Origin: Lytechinus pictus
Lineage: Eukaryota
DNA: 64,000 nucleotides
Assembly (NCBI RefSeq): GCF_037042905.1
Contig: NC_087252.1
Coordinates: forward strand, 19,966,001 to 20,030,000
Direction: 5' to 3'
Shown here: piece after piece, positions 37,975-51,146 of the stretch
How the letters are laid out: each line of letters opens with the position of its first letter
Position numbering within the stretch: the stretch's first letter is position 1
Position numbers and translations under genes: made by a program
Notes under the pieces: model-generated
Told to the model about the DNA's origin: nothing
The model's database searches: none
The model's input: the letters and a program-made list of their open reading frames with translations, nothing else

Positions 37975-38649
37975 TTAACCCTTCGCGATATTTCCGAAAC
38001 GGAAAAAACTTATTTCTTTGAAGTCTCGCGCAACTTTTGAGACCAAATTCGCGAAATAAGGGTAAAGCATCGCGATGCCACATGACATTTTATGAGACAA
38101 AGTCATGCCGAAAATGGCTAATTTTTATACTTTCTGTCCAAAAACTATGGGAGTTAAATTTATGAAAGGATGATTATTTTTCATTTAAATTGGTCTGCTT
38201 AATTAATTTAGAGTTTAATTTAGTTTTTAAATGGTGTGTAGTAATTTCTATTGGAAAAAAACATGAAAAAACAAAGAAATACATAAGAAATTCTAAAAAA
38301 CAAGGAAATACATAAAGAAAAAATTGGCTTTCGCAATTTTTCTTTGCAGAAACCTTTAAATTTGATGACAAAGATGACATCTGGAAAAAAAGAGGAAAGT
38401 TCGAAGTGAAATTGGGTGTTAAATATGAAAATAATGTTTTTAACGAATAAATCTGCATATTTTATTCATTATAAATAAAAAATAATTATTTTCAGAAATA
38501 TACTGGCTTGTAGTTCATGTGGTAAATAATGAGCGTGCCAAATTTTAGCGTGAATGGCGTCCGAGATCAGAAGGGGGGGGGGGGCCATCATGGCCATCCC
38601 CAGTCTTCAATACATCTCAAAATTAATAGCCCGGTCCTTTTAGGGTTAA
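37975..38649. mobile_element. piggyBac-like MITE, inverted relative to 25469..26174
   Basis: TTAACCCT...AGGGTTAA ends; internal similarity. Confidence 0.72.
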
Positions 38650-38759
38650 ACCACATGAACTTTTATATTGCCCTTGGTCAAAACAAGGACAATTTGATAT
38701 TAATAATAATAACTTTACTTACTCAGCACTTAATACCTACTTTATCAGAAGTCTGTAAG

Positions 38760-39282
38760 GACTCTACAGTATGTGGCAGAATAATTACCCTGCCTTTACC
38801 ACAGCATAATATTCATACACTCATCCTTCGTGAAATTTGTCATTTTCATATCATGCCACTGTATTAAATTAACAGTCCTTACTATTCATATTCCCAGCTA
38901 ATCAAACCAAAGCGCGAACTGATAATTACCTGCTATACTCTACAGTATAGCAGCATAATTACCCTGACTTTACCACAGCATAATAATATTACACTCATCC
39001 TCGAGGAAACTTGTCACTTTCATATCACGCCCCTGTATTAATTCATAAGTCCTTACCATTTACATTCCCAGCTAATCAAACAAAAGCGCAAACTGATAAT
39101 TACCTGCTATACTCTACAGTACAGCAGCTTAATTACCCTGCCTTTACCACAGCATAATAATATTACACTCATCCTCGAGGAAACTTGTCACTTTCATATC
39201 ACGCCCCTGTATTAAATCATAAGTCCTTACTATTTATATTCCCAGCTAATCAAACCAAAGCGCAAACTGATAATTACCCGCT
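38760..39282. repeat. 174-bp tandem repeat x3
   Basis: taattaccctg(c/a)ctttaccacagcataat recurs at about 38781, 38955 and 39129. Confidence 0.9.
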
Positions 39283-39310
39283 GTATAAGAGACCATATAC
39301 AAGATCTCTC

Positions 39311-39726
39311 TACAGTGCGTCCCATAAAAAAAGGAACCGAGATTTATCGATGATTTATCATAACTTAATCACAAATACAATAGACAAGTGACCTACCATT
39401 GTAAAGCTTCGAATCTCCTCTTTCATCTGAAATTACTCAGATTATTTCTCATTCACGCATGAATTGAGGTATCAAATTAAAGTGCAGATATTGAATTTTT
39501 TTTAAATTGTGAGTTTTCTTTGAAACCCAGATACAGCCCGCCAAGTGACTTTTTGGTATCCCCTCTTCAAATTGTTTTTGCTCACTTATGCCTGAATGAG
39601 AAATAATTTGAGTAATTTCAGATGAAAGAAGAGATTCTAAGCTTTACAATGGTAGGTCACTTGTCTATTGTATTTGTGATTAAGTTATGATAAATCTCGG
39701 TTTCTTTTTATCTGGGACGCACTGTA
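39311..39726. mobile_element. Tc1/mariner-like MITE
   Basis: TA|CAGTGCGTCCCA...TGGGACGCACTG|TA with long (about 150 bp) TIRs. Confidence 0.85.
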
Positions 39727-39834
39727 TTTCGTCGAATGGCAAGGAGAGCGAGATGGGGGGGTGTATGAAGCGGGGAGAGGAGGGAGAGGGAGAGTGGGGA
39801 AAAAGATGGGAGGGGTGAAAGATAGGCTACTTAC

Positions 39835-39978
39835 CCGTTATTTGAGAAACCAAACACACTTCCTCAGCTTCATCTCCTCCAGCCACCCTACAATCAGGCA
39901 CAAAGTCACAGATCAGTGTCTCGTCAATACAAACACTATCTGGCCAAGGGCATCCAAATTGACCATCTGGACAGAATA
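39835..39978 (-). CDS. Exon: LDLa (FCPDGQFGCPWPDSVCIDETLICDFVPDCRVAGGDEAEEVC)
   Basis: 144 nt, phase 1-1, cag/gtaagt; paralog of 49472..49609. Confidence 0.92.
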
Positions 39979-40740
39979 CTGTAACACATGAAAAAAAACC
40001 CACTCTATTATAAGAAATTTCCTCAACTAGAATATGGGCTATACCTACTTCTCCTAATCCATATAGCTGCCAACCTTGTGCACCCACCCCCCCCCCAAAA
40101 AAAAAAAAACATAAATGGCAAAAAAAACATCGACATTTTCAGTAACCCACTGAATGATTTCACTAGAACACATGTTTTCCATAGACTCCATCCCACATAT
40201 ATGTGACCTACAGTACCAACTACATGTAATAAGTCGCCAGGTAAGGTTCTCTGTCAATAGCCAAAATACATGTAGTAATTTAATCTCCAAAATTCAAAAA
40301 AAATAAATAAAATTTATCTGAAAGAGCAATTCTTCTTCTTCATACTGTGAAAATTTGAAGTCTTGAAGTAAAAAAAAAAGAAAAGATACAAGAGTTTCTT
40401 TGACACTACTTTTTCGGACTGCTTGGAAGTTTCACTGAGATTACACAGTATGCACATCTCATGCTTGAGTGAACCCCAAACTTCAAACCTCATTTTCTTC
40501 TGATTATTTAGCTCTTGCTGAATTTCCTCTGCATTCAATCAAGTACCTGTAATGGTTATTGTTGGTCAATTTAAACATATTATATATCATTTTTAAGGCT
40601 TGGGAAATGAATTTTCCAGCTCAATAAAGATCTCAATATTCATTTTGGTCGACTTATTGTTGGTTTTGGGGTGGCAGGTCACCTATTTGGGTTCAGTCTC
40701 CTATGGGTTAAAATCCACTCATGGGTGCCATCTTTCCTAC

Positions 40741-40854
40741 CTGGACAATTTCTTTCATCCTCTCCTTCGTTGCAATCTTCATATGTATCACAAACCCATT
40801 CAGGATCATAAACACAGTCAAAGAAGGAACCAGATGGACATTCAAAGCAGGTAG
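40741..40854 (-). CDS. Exon: LDLa (TCFECPSGSFFDCVYDPEWVCDTYEDCNEGEDERNCP)
   Basis: 114 nt, phase 1-1; paralog of exon 13558..13671. Confidence 0.9.
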
Positions 40855-42968
40855 CTGCAACAACACAAACAAAAAAAGGAAAATAAATTGGAATGTAATC
40901 TGAAAGTTGGCACTCTATTTAAATGAGCAAATGCATGGATCAAATACTTGAACATAGTACTGTATCTCAAAACCCGTACTTAGTTGCTGCGTGTCCGGAC
41001 AATCTATTTCAAACGGCCATTTGGAAAAATTAACAAGCAAAATTACATAAATTTTTAGTGCAATTTAAAGCGGCCTGCCATTGACAAATCATGGGGAAAT
41101 TGAATCATTACAAAATTTGCAAAAGGCCAATCGCAATTGACTTGCATAATATAATCCATCCATCATGAGAGCCCGTCAGACTAATGCGATAAAAGTTCAA
41201 ACAGCACAAATTTGACCGAACTCCTGATCGTTATTTACTTCAGGTTGTTGCAGTTCTCGTTTCCAACAATCCAAATTCCTAGACTCTTAGCAGGTCTCTT
41301 GATCGCTAAACCAAAATAAATATCATCTGTGAAGTTACATGTTTCAAAGTGAAAACATGCAGTTTACTTCTGGTTGGTTAGTCTGCTATCTATTGCTCTC
41401 CTATATTAGACCTCCCAGACATGCTGGCGTCTATTACATAACACCCCAGGCATGCAGCCGAGTGAATCCCTTCTCTGTTCTGAGATTGGCCTTGATTTCC
41501 ACATGATTTGTCAATGGTAGGTCGCTTTAAACTCTAGTTTAAAGTTGTGGTTTAACTATGGATAGCCAACTGTGACATAATTTTTTCACAGTAGAGGTTC
41601 AATGTGTCAGCTTATTTGACTCTCAAGCCATTCCTTAACTATCCTCGAACGATAAATAAGATAGATCTCTTCACCACTAAAGGATTGAAAAAGATCACAT
41701 TTAATATAGAAAGTATACCATGTAAATAAAATTGTGACCTTTTTAGCTCCCCATTATTTTGGCGCAGAGTTAGACCATGGCCTAAGTTAAACCCGAGTTC
41801 AGAACACGGGCCTATGCCTTTAAGACTTACGACATCCTAATTCGTCCAAGTTGTCATCACAATCTTGATATCCATCGCATAACCAATCCAGAGGGAGACA
41901 CATTGGTATATCACCACCCCACAGTGTTGTACAACTGACACATTCATTTGCTATTGGGGAAAAGTCGAAAAAAGTCAAAGATAAATAACAGTTCTGGTAA
42001 GGATTTCAAAATGAGTTCGTACAGAATCCAATTAATGACCATCAAAGTGTCTGCATTTATAGATAAATAAAATATATATGCCAAAGGATTATAAGCACAA
42101 CATTTTATAAATTGCTTGGTCTTTTTCCCAGCAATACTAAAGGGATTCTCTGGGCTGAAGATGTTTATATCTAAATAAATAGAGTAAAATTCAGAGCAAA
42201 ATGCAGAAAATTTCATCAAAATCGGATAACAAATATCAAAGTCATTGAATTTTAAAGATTTGCATTATTCTGGCGCAACAGTTTTAGGCTTGTCTTAATG
42301 AATATTCATTAGGTGGGCTGATGATGTCACATACCCACTTTCCTTTTTCTTATGTTATTACATGAAATCATACTTGTTTCATTTTTTCATAAATGTGTAA
42401 ATGATGTGTCTCTATTATGTATTATACGTTATTTCATCTCTCGTAGACTTTGTACACAAAGTATAAAAATGAGCCATTTTCGGCATGACATTGTCTCGCA
42501 AAAAGTCATGTGACGTTGCGATGCTATACCCGTATGTCGCGAATTTAGTCTCAAAAGTTGTGCGAGACTTCAAAGAAAATAGTCACAATTTTGCGGCACT
42601 ATCTTTTTGCGTTTCGGAAGTATTGCGCGAAGCGTTGAGGGGGGGGGGCCATCATGCCCCCCGTCCTTTTAGGGTTAAGCAAGTTTCTATGTCAGTGAAG
42701 AAAGGTATTCAGCAAGCATGCTTTGGTTTATTACGTGGAGCCATCATGGTCTAATGGTTCTTACTGTAGTCTCTTAATCAGAGGATTGTGGGTTCAATTC
42801 ACACATATGCCGCCAATTTCATTCAGCAAGGAATTTAATCTTTGAAACAGTGCTCCCTACAGCTGTTCTGCTAAAGCAAGGATAATTATGCTACATTACT
42901 GTTGAGCACTTTCATAGAAACTTCTAATAAGATAAGAGTTATGGGCACTATATAAACAGGGTGATTAT

Positions 42969-43431
42969 GAGGCTGTTCTCACTACGTTCCTAAAACTAGT
43001 TTACTGGAAACTAGTTTAGTGGAAACTAGTTTAAGGCGTAGTGAGAACGGTCTAAGCGGTCTTGGAAGCGATCTTCCAAACCAGTTTGGAAAACCACCTC
43101 GCGATGTAGTTTTCGAGATCGCTTTGCCTCGTTAAACTGGTTTTAGCGTAAGTGAGGACACAACCGTTCTTCGGGAAGCGATCTTCGCACATTTTGAGCG
43201 CGCTACTCCACACGACAGGTGTAGAATGCCTATGCTGCGGTTTCGAATTTCGCGCGAAACGTGTCACCCCACTGAGAGCGTTTCCATAGCAACAAGAGCG
43301 CTTTACGTGAAGTGATTTTGAAAACCACTTTCGTGTGATCAAGTGGGAACGCTAGCAAAGCAATCTTCCAAAGTGGTTTCCTGAATCGGTTTCCAGTAAA
43401 CTAGTTTTAGAAAGCGTAATGAGACAGCCTC
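42969..43431. mobile_element. TIR MITE (possibly Harbinger)
   Basis: TIR of about 45 bp, gaggctgttctcactacgttcctaaaactagtttactggaaac; flanked by TAT. Confidence 0.7.
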
Positions 43432-43534
43432 TATTATTATCATTGCCCTTGTGTAGCCTGTTAATAAACCTCCTAGTATAACAAGTATATAAATGTGATT
43501 GTTATTCTAATTAATAATGACCGAGATCTGTGTC

Positions 43535-44311
43535 TTAACCCTATATAGCCCAGGCTATTATGAAATTGCATAGCCTGGGGGGGGGGGGCAAACACCCCCC
43601 CCTAGATTTTGGCCGTTGATCGCATGTTGACGACGAAAAGTGGCATATACTTCACCCATGACGTAATCTCCACAATTAATAGTCAATTGTAGCAAAATTA
43701 TTCAAAGTTAGTTTTCCAATAAGTTATGCTAATTAATACATGAAGTCATGATTTAATTGGCTGTAAATCTTTACATATGGTCCCAAAAATGCTAGAGTTT
43801 GGTCTAGACACTCTTCTTAGAATTGTTATCAAATGTATATTAAAAAAAGGCAATATCATTTCTTTTTCTTGTGTATCTTATTGTTTATTTAAACTCCTTA
43901 CATGTATGTCTTTCTTTTTATGTTAACTTTATGTTTTTCATTGTTTTTTCGATGGTAATTGTCAGCAACACTATTTCAGTCATAAATAACATGAAATGTT
44001 TTGCTTTTAATCAATAAAAATAAAAATAATGATGCATTTATGAATTTTGGCTACATACAGAATATACGTTGGATTAGTACATAAAATCAAGTTTTTGAGC
44101 AATTTTGGATATGACATGCACTTACAAAATGTTACATAATTTTGGAACCACGTAACCCCACGTCGCGAATATTGTCTTAAAAGTTGCGCGAGACTTGAAG
44201 GTAAAAAAAAAATTAACGTCACAGCGTGATCTTTTCCTGTTACAGATATATCGTGAAAAATGTTGTGGGGGCTGTTTTGTCCGTCCCTCTCCCCCGGCTC
44301 GATAGGGTTAA
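43535..44311. mobile_element. piggyBac-like MITE
   Basis: TTAACCCTAT...ATAGGGTTAA ends. Confidence 0.75.
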
Positions 44312-44546
44312 ATGGGCCCCTGTTATCAATATCTATATCATATGTTTTCAAACAAGTTATGTACATGTATAAATTATTTAATACTGTTTTAGCATGCCTA
44401 TTGCCAAACAGAGAGACAATTTCCACACTATTTTGGTAGAGAACCTGGATAAATGAACCTTATTTATTCATTTAATTTCAAAATTAAAAAAAACCTATAT
44501 TGCCTAGATCTTACAAGAGACATGATATCAATGAAATTATGCTTAC

Positions 44547-44660
44547 GGCAATTCTGTTCATCTTCTCCATTTTGGCAGTGAGTTTCATTATCGCAAATTT
44601 GACTTGGAAGGTAACATTGAGAAGAGCGGAGACATGGTACAGCGTCCTCTTGTGGGCATT
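44547..44660 (-). CDS. Exon: LDLa (CPQEDAVPCLRSSQCYLPSQICDNETHCQNGEDEQNC)
   Basis: 114 nt, phase 1-1, six Cys with acidic GEDE motif. Confidence 0.92.
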
Positions 44661-44785
44661 CTGATACAGAAAAATAAGAGAAATGGTGATTTAAGCAAGT
44701 AGTCAAAAGGTGTGCTGAGTGATACCACAGAGAATGTTATCAAATTGAAAAAAAAAAGAGTCATTAAAATATCTTAAGAGAATTG

Positions 44786-45920
44786 ATTGATGATGATGAT
44801 GAAGCTGATGGTATAATAATGATGATATTGGTGATGATGAAAATAACAAATGATGAAAATCATGACGATGATTGTGATAGTGAAGATGACAATGCCAATG
44901 AAAATATAAATAGTGATAACAGTGATGATGATGATTATGGTGATGATGATGATGATGATAATAATGGTGATGATGATGATGATGATGATGATAATAATTG
45001 TGATGGTGATGTTGATCATGGTGATGATGATGATAATGGTGATGATGATGGTCAAGATGAAGATGACAATGAAAATATTAATAAAAATTGTTGATGATGA
45101 TGATATTGGTGATGATGATGAAAATGATAATATTGAAAATCGTTATGATGGTGATGATGGCGATGTTGAAGATGACGATGAAAATGAAAATATAAATAAT
45201 AACAGTGATGATGATGATTATGGTGATGAAGATGGTCATGATGAAGATGACAATGACAATATTCATGAAAATGACAGTAACGGTGATGGTATTGTTGATG
45301 ATGATATTGGTGATGATGATGAAAATGATAAATGTTGAAAATCATGATGATGATGGTGATAGTGAAGATGACAATGCCAATGAAAATATAAATGGTGATA
45401 ACAGTGATGATGATGATGGTGATAATGGTGATGATGATGATAATAATGCTGATGATGATGATGATTATGGTGATGATGATGATGATGAAATTTTTGATGA
45501 CGATGGTGATGATGATAATTATGGTGATGATGATGATGATGATGATGAAATTTTTGATGATGATGATGATGGTGATGTTGATGCTGATCATGGTGATGAT
45601 AATAATGGTGATCATGATGGTCATGATGAAGATGACAATGAAAATATTAATAAATATAATCAGTAATGGCGATGGTATTGTTGATGATGATGAAAATGAT
45701 AATATTGAAAATCGTAATGATGGTGATAATGGCGATGTTGAAGATGATGATGACAATGAAAATATAAATAATAACAGTGATGGTGATGATGGTAATAAAA
45801 TTGTTGATGATGATGAAAATGATGGTGATGATGAAGATGACAATGACAATGAAAAAAAGATTAATGATAACGGTAAAGCGAGATGATGACAATGATGATA
45901 GTGATGGAAATGATGGTAAC
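44786..45920. repeat. Degenerate (GAT)n microsatellite with higher-order duplications
   Basis: GAT/GGT/AAT triplets; longer blocks such as gaagatgacaatgccaatgaaaatataaat are repeated. Confidence 0.95.
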
Positions 45921-46130
45921 AACAAACAGTGACATGACAAGTGATTGTTCTTAAAATTATTATTTAGCAAGACGAACATGAAAATGACAGATTTTCCATT
46001 AGTTCCTGTAAACATGGAACTTTTATTCGTGCCACAACCAACATAATATCATATCCAGCTCATGCTTTGCTTTCGGAGCACCTCCAAATCAATTATGTCT
46101 TTTGAGCAGGGCTTCCAATCTAGACATATT

Positions 46131-46357
46131 GGCCCGTATTCTCAAAAGAGGTTTCAATTGTACCATGGTACAAAACCATGGACAATGCAGATTTTTAAAC
46201 ATAATTATACTTATTCATCGCGTACACAAAGTTAAATCCAATTAAATGCACATTTTCGGCAAAGTACGCTTAAGATGAAGTGTGCTAATTAAATAAATCT
46301 GCACAGTCTATGGTTTTGTATCATGGTACAATTGAAATCTCTTTGAGAATACGGACC
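46131..46357. mobile_element. Palindromic MITE
   Basis: Near-perfect TIR of about 65 bp beginning ggcccgtattctcaaa. Confidence 0.75.
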
Positions 46358-47470
46358 AAACAGAGAGTCAAATAAAATACACTCGGCAAATTTCTTGCAA
46401 TTTTCTTTTACTGACATTGCTATTGTTTAAAGCATTTAACCACCCATGCATGACTGTTAACATGAAAATGTCATGTCATACTGGAAGAGGAATATTGTCT
46501 GGTCATGTTGACATGCAATAATTTGCCTCTAATCAAATATCTATATGAAATATTTTAAGTTTTCTAAGTGTCCAATAACTTTTTTTGCCGAGTGCATCAG
46601 ATAATTAGGGGAGAATATCATGTAAAGTTTGCGAGTGATTAACACTGACTACTTCGCTCTCAGCCAATCAGATGCAAGGATTTCCAGTAGTATAACACCA
46701 GTCAGCACAAATTTCACATAAAACTTTCCATGAAGCACTCCCCATGCATATTTTCATTCCACCATTTCAGTTTTGGCAATAATAATAATGGTCTTTATTG
46801 GTACATCAAAAAACATTCGTTGCAGCCAAAGGCTGAATTACAAATGCTAGTACAAGGTAAAAAATATGACATATAAATTGACAAAAAACGCAAATATACA
46901 AACAAGGTATATATTATATATGGATAAAAACAAATAAATAAAACAGCCAGTCAATATACACAATAGAGAGTGACCTCCATTCGACCTTGCAAAGTAGCAA
47001 GAAACATAAATGAGTGGCGATATGGAATTAGGTTGATAAAAAATTAATAAGTGTGGAACGGAAAAAGTAAGAACAGGGAAAAAGAAATGCGTAACTATTG
47101 GAACATATAATAGATTGTTGGACATGCATCAAAGCTTTAACAAAAGTACAAATCCGCCCCAGCAAAAAGTCGACCCGAACGAATAGATAACCGAAATAAG
47201 CATATAGCACTCTACATTTTACATTCCAGCCGATCCACCTCTTTTCATTCAAATCAACCTACAGTCGGGGCCAAGTTTCAATATTGCAACTCCCCACCCA
47301 GGTGGAAAAATGGATTCCCAGTAGGATGTGAAATGGAGTATGTAAATCAGTTGAGTTTGAAAACTCTCGTTGCAGTGCTTCCCAAGGAGTAGAGAAAGTG
47401 CATTCATATTCAAACCAGAATCCAAAAACGTGCTTACATAGAGATGTCGTTGAGAAGTATTAAAGCACTA

Positions 47471-47990
47471 TACAGTGCCTCCCACAAAAAAAGGAAACCC
47501 GTTTTCAGAGAGAGATTTCAGAATTAAACGTGTTTTTACAATAAATTTCATACCCATAGCAAGAGCGGAATCTCATCTATAATTTGAAACCAACAGCTTA
47601 GCAAATCGTTCAGGCATGGCAGATTACAAACAATAAATACTGAGGCATATCGGAAACGATTTGCGCAGGAACTCACGTGTGAATCTGAATCAGTGAGAGA
47701 ATCTTAACAAAGAATACAAAAGAAATACTAATGAGCCAATTGTCAAATAAGCACCTTCATCGTATCATGAAGCAATCTTGTCCAATTTTTCTGCGAGACC
47801 TGATATTGACATTAAAATTTCAAACTCATTTTGCTCATTAAAGCGTGAAGTGTTTGTCACATATTAGGTATCAAAATAAAGAGGAAATATTGAACTATAT
47901 GATTATGTAAATTAGACATCATATTTCATTTGCCTTTGAAGAAAAAAAGACATGGGAATCCCGGTTCCCTTTTATCTGGGACACACTGTA
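47471..47990. mobile_element. Tc1/mariner-like MITE
   Basis: TA|CAGTGCCTCCCA...TGGGACACACTG|TA. Confidence 0.78.
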
Positions 47991-47999
47991 AAAGAGAAA

Positions 48000-48262
48000 A
48001 TGATTGAAACAGAGGGTCGCGGATTCGACTCCCAGCCATGGCATAATTTCCTTCAGCAAGAAATTTATCCACACTGTGCTGCACTCAACCCAGGTGAGAT
48101 AAATGGGTACGCAGTAGGAAGAAATTCCTTGAAAGCTTTGAGCGCCCAGGCAGCCCAGCCAAAGCCGGGGTAATAATAATAGCAGGGCCTGCTGGGAGAA
48201 CAGTTTTCAGAACTGAAGTGGATACCATGGGTGAATATACCTATACGTTGTATTATTATTGT
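48000..48262 (+). mobile_element. tRNA-derived SINE, Deu-domain-like core (relatives on minus strand about 36645..36815 and 53140..53400)
   Basis: B-box-like ggattcgactccc, core cactcaacccaggtg...aaatgggtac, (TAT)n tail. Confidence 0.6.
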
Positions 48263-48271
48263 TATACTTAC

Positions 48272-48422
48272 GGAATACACTAATCCTGATGTCCATTTCT
48301 ACATCCTCCTCTGCTGCCCTTCCTAGTAATACAAATGCTTCATTATCTGGTGTGTAGTAGGTGCTAGGAAATGCAGAGTTTATACCAGATCTTTGAAATA
48401 TCCCATCAGGTAGGTAGTTTGC
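48272..48422 (-). CDS. Exon: divergent CUB-like domain 1, second half
   Basis: 151 nt, phase 0-1; ANYLPDGIF...NEAFVLL...IRISVF; tttcag/gtaagt. Confidence 0.82.
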
Positions 48423-49038
48423 CTGAAACATTGTACAAAAACAGAAGAAGTGCCATGCATTATCAACATGAAACAGGGCAAACATTTTGGGATCCTGGTG
48501 GGTGTTTCATGAAGCTGTTTGTAATCCACAGCAATAGTGTTTTTAGCCAAAATTTATAAATGTATCATTATTTTTCCTGTTACTGATTCATATCAATTTA
48601 TTTCATCTTGTTTTTAGTCAAAATAGTCTCAGATAATTTCCATTGAAAAAACAATTAAAAAACAACAAAATACATAAGAAGTTTATAAAAATAAAATACA
48701 TAAATTGAAAATAAATGTGATATTGATTTTTTTAAAAGTACATTGGATCAAATTCCTGTAAGGAGTCTGTGAACAAAAAAAAAATTTTTAGGGGCATTGT
48801 TTAGTTATTGAGAGCAAACTTTTGATTTTACGCACAAATTAGCATAATCAAGTAGCATTGAGATTTTTCGCAGAATTTGATGTTATAGTTTTGTAGATTA
48901 TGCCATGGGTAACGCGGGTGCAAATTTCCGTAGGCGTCGAAATAGCCCAGTCTTATTAGGGTTAAGTTGTATGTTACAGGCCAAAAGAGATGGGAAGTAA
49001 AAGGGTTACTCTTTCAATTAATAATCTTTCAAAATTAC

Positions 49039-49244
49039 CTCTACTGGATCATGTCCATTTCCTATTGTCACTATTGAATCAGGACCGTTGGATTGTAGAG
49101 AAACAACATCAATGAGTAGGTAAGAGTTATCCGGACTGGTCAATCGATAAAGGATATAGTCCAGTGGGGTGTCTTGGGTTCTACTTGGGTAACTATCAGG
49201 AATAGTCAATGTCGCGTTCCTTCGAGATGTAACGCTGATATCAT
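49039..49244 (-). CDS. Exon: divergent Cys-free CUB-like domain 1, first half
   Basis: 206 nt, phase 1-0; DISVTSRRNATLTIPDSYP...IGNGHDPVE; same length as its paralog 37628..37833. Confidence 0.82.
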
Positions 49245-49471
49245 CTGTAAGAAAAAAGTCATGAAAGTGAAATACTAGAGTTAAACCTAATTGAATAATA
49301 CCAGGCGGGTATTTTGATTCTTGTCAGTCCGGGGGGGGGGGGGGGGAAGATCACTTATTCTTCTCCTCTCTCCTCTTTCACAACATTTTATGACTAAGTT
49401 TGGATACAAGTGGTATAAGTGGTCTATTTCATTATCATTTCCATAATGCGACAGGAGAAAAAATGTTTTAC

Positions 49472-49609
49472 CTGTCAACAAGGAAACTTCACAAAGATCT
49501 TCTGTTTCGTCGTTTCTGGACACTCTACAATCAGGAATAAAGTCGCATACAGCTGACTCATCTATACAACGTCCCTCGTCACAGGCGAACTCGTCATCAG
49601 CGCAAGTAA
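49472..49609 (-). CDS. Exon: LDL-receptor class A module (TCADDEFACDEGRCIDESAVCDFIPDCRVSRNDETEDLC)
   Basis: Six Cys with LDLa spacing; 138 nt; phase 1-1; cag/gtaaaa. Confidence 0.92.
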
Positions 49610-49691
49610 CTGTTCAAAGAGATTACGGAAAAACAATCAGGAACAACGCTCAAGAATGAATTTACTGACAGATGAATCATCTGTACAATAA

Positions 49692-50089
49692 GGGGCGATT
49701 CCATACGTGTTGTACGGGACATTTTGTCAACAATTTCTAGTCTCTTAGTTGATTGCTTGAGCAATAAAAAAATATTTTTGGTCAATAATAAAGTTATAGT
49801 GGGTAGTCATGTGAAAAACTGATTACCAACAAAAAATATTTGATTCTGGCTGAATTAAGGGTGAAAATGTGTGTCGTACGGGACTCAGAAATGTCCCGTA
49901 CGACACACAACATTTTCACCTCTAATTCACCCATGGACAGCATATATCGTTGGTTAATTGTCATTTTTTCATATGCCTACCCAGTAGTACTCTATTATTA
50001 CCACAAAACAAATTGAAGTTCTTCGTTTGTTTGGACAATAGGTTAAAAATGTTGCGAAAATAGCTGATTTTTCTAGCATGGAATCGCCC
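49692..50089. mobile_element. PIF/Harbinger-like MITE
   Basis: TAA TSD; TIR GGGCGATTCCAT. Confidence 0.72.
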
Positions 50090-50329
50090 TAAGGCATTTT
50101 AGCAATCACTTCTCAGACGCCTTCTATCATGCAGAGAGTCTTCTGTCAAAACTAAAGCGCCCTCAGGCAGCCTTTGTCAAAATTCGATAAATCAGAACAG
50201 CAGTGTTGTCCTGGACTCTGGACATATTTGCAGTTTTTCTTCCAGTCTGAATCTTAAGCCGATGTGTTGTCCCAGAACTCTTTGGCTATGATTTACTTGT
50301 TTTATTTTCCGTTTCTGCCTTGCATAACA

Positions 50330-50490
50330 ATGTTATTATTACCCTTCTCCAATCTACATGCTGAGCGCCTAGCAAGAAGGCAGAAGGTCCCATTTTTATA
50401 AGTCTTTGGTATGAATCGGCCAAGGATCGAACCCTCAAACCTCCCCTTCATGAGGAGGACAATTTACCACTGAGCCACCATGCCCGGTCT
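50330..50490 (-). mobile_element. tRNA-derived SINE
   Basis: Minus-strand A box TGGCTCAGTGG, B box GGTTCGATCC, (TAA)n tail. Confidence 0.6.
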
Positions 50491-50759
50491 TATGTAATAG
50501 TTGCTATGTTTCTTGTGTATTTATAATTTGAACAAAACGTGATGTGATTCAGCTGCTCGTCTGTAGCTTGTGAGTTTTTCATTAACCATTCAATCAAATC
50601 AAATCTTTGGAAGTTTTTTGTAGATGGTTTGTCACAGATTCAGTCAGTTACAATTGACGGCTCTTACAATTCAATATCCTGACCCCTCGCCTGTATAGTG
50701 ACGTAATACTGATAAATCATCATAGCCACCACTTTATCAGGGTGTGTTTCCCTTGTCGG

Positions 50760-51126
50760 TTAAAGGTAAAAGAAAGTAGTTGCATCAAACAATTATTTCA
50801 TCAGAAAGTATTTAAAATTAAAGTTAATTGCCACCATATTATCATAGATCTAGTTCAAATACATTGAAATAAACTGATCTTTGTGAAATCATAAAATCTT
50901 AAATGAAAAACTATATGTCTGATGATCACTAACACAAAAAAGGCATGTGGGACAGTGTATTAATATTGCTTGGATAAATACCTGACATTTGATGGAATTC
51001 TTTGCTCATTTCTCAGCAATTACACATTTCCTTCCAGAGTCATTTGGCACATATTTTTTATACATACAAACACTTGGGTGGTCACTTTATTCACTGGGAT
51101 CATTACCACAACTGGTATATCTTTAA
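50760..51126. mobile_element. Second TTAA/AGG-type MITE family (related copy about 35135..35540)
   Basis: TTAA-AGGTAAA...TATATCT-TTAA; internal similarity to 35140..35540. Confidence 0.6.
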
Positions 51127-51146
51127 AATTTAAAGAAACATCTCAC

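Noticed and set aside
44774..46015. Long poly-Ile, Met, Asp and Ser ORFs
   Set aside because: By-products of a (GAT)n microsatellite; interrupted, with no splice or signal-peptide support.
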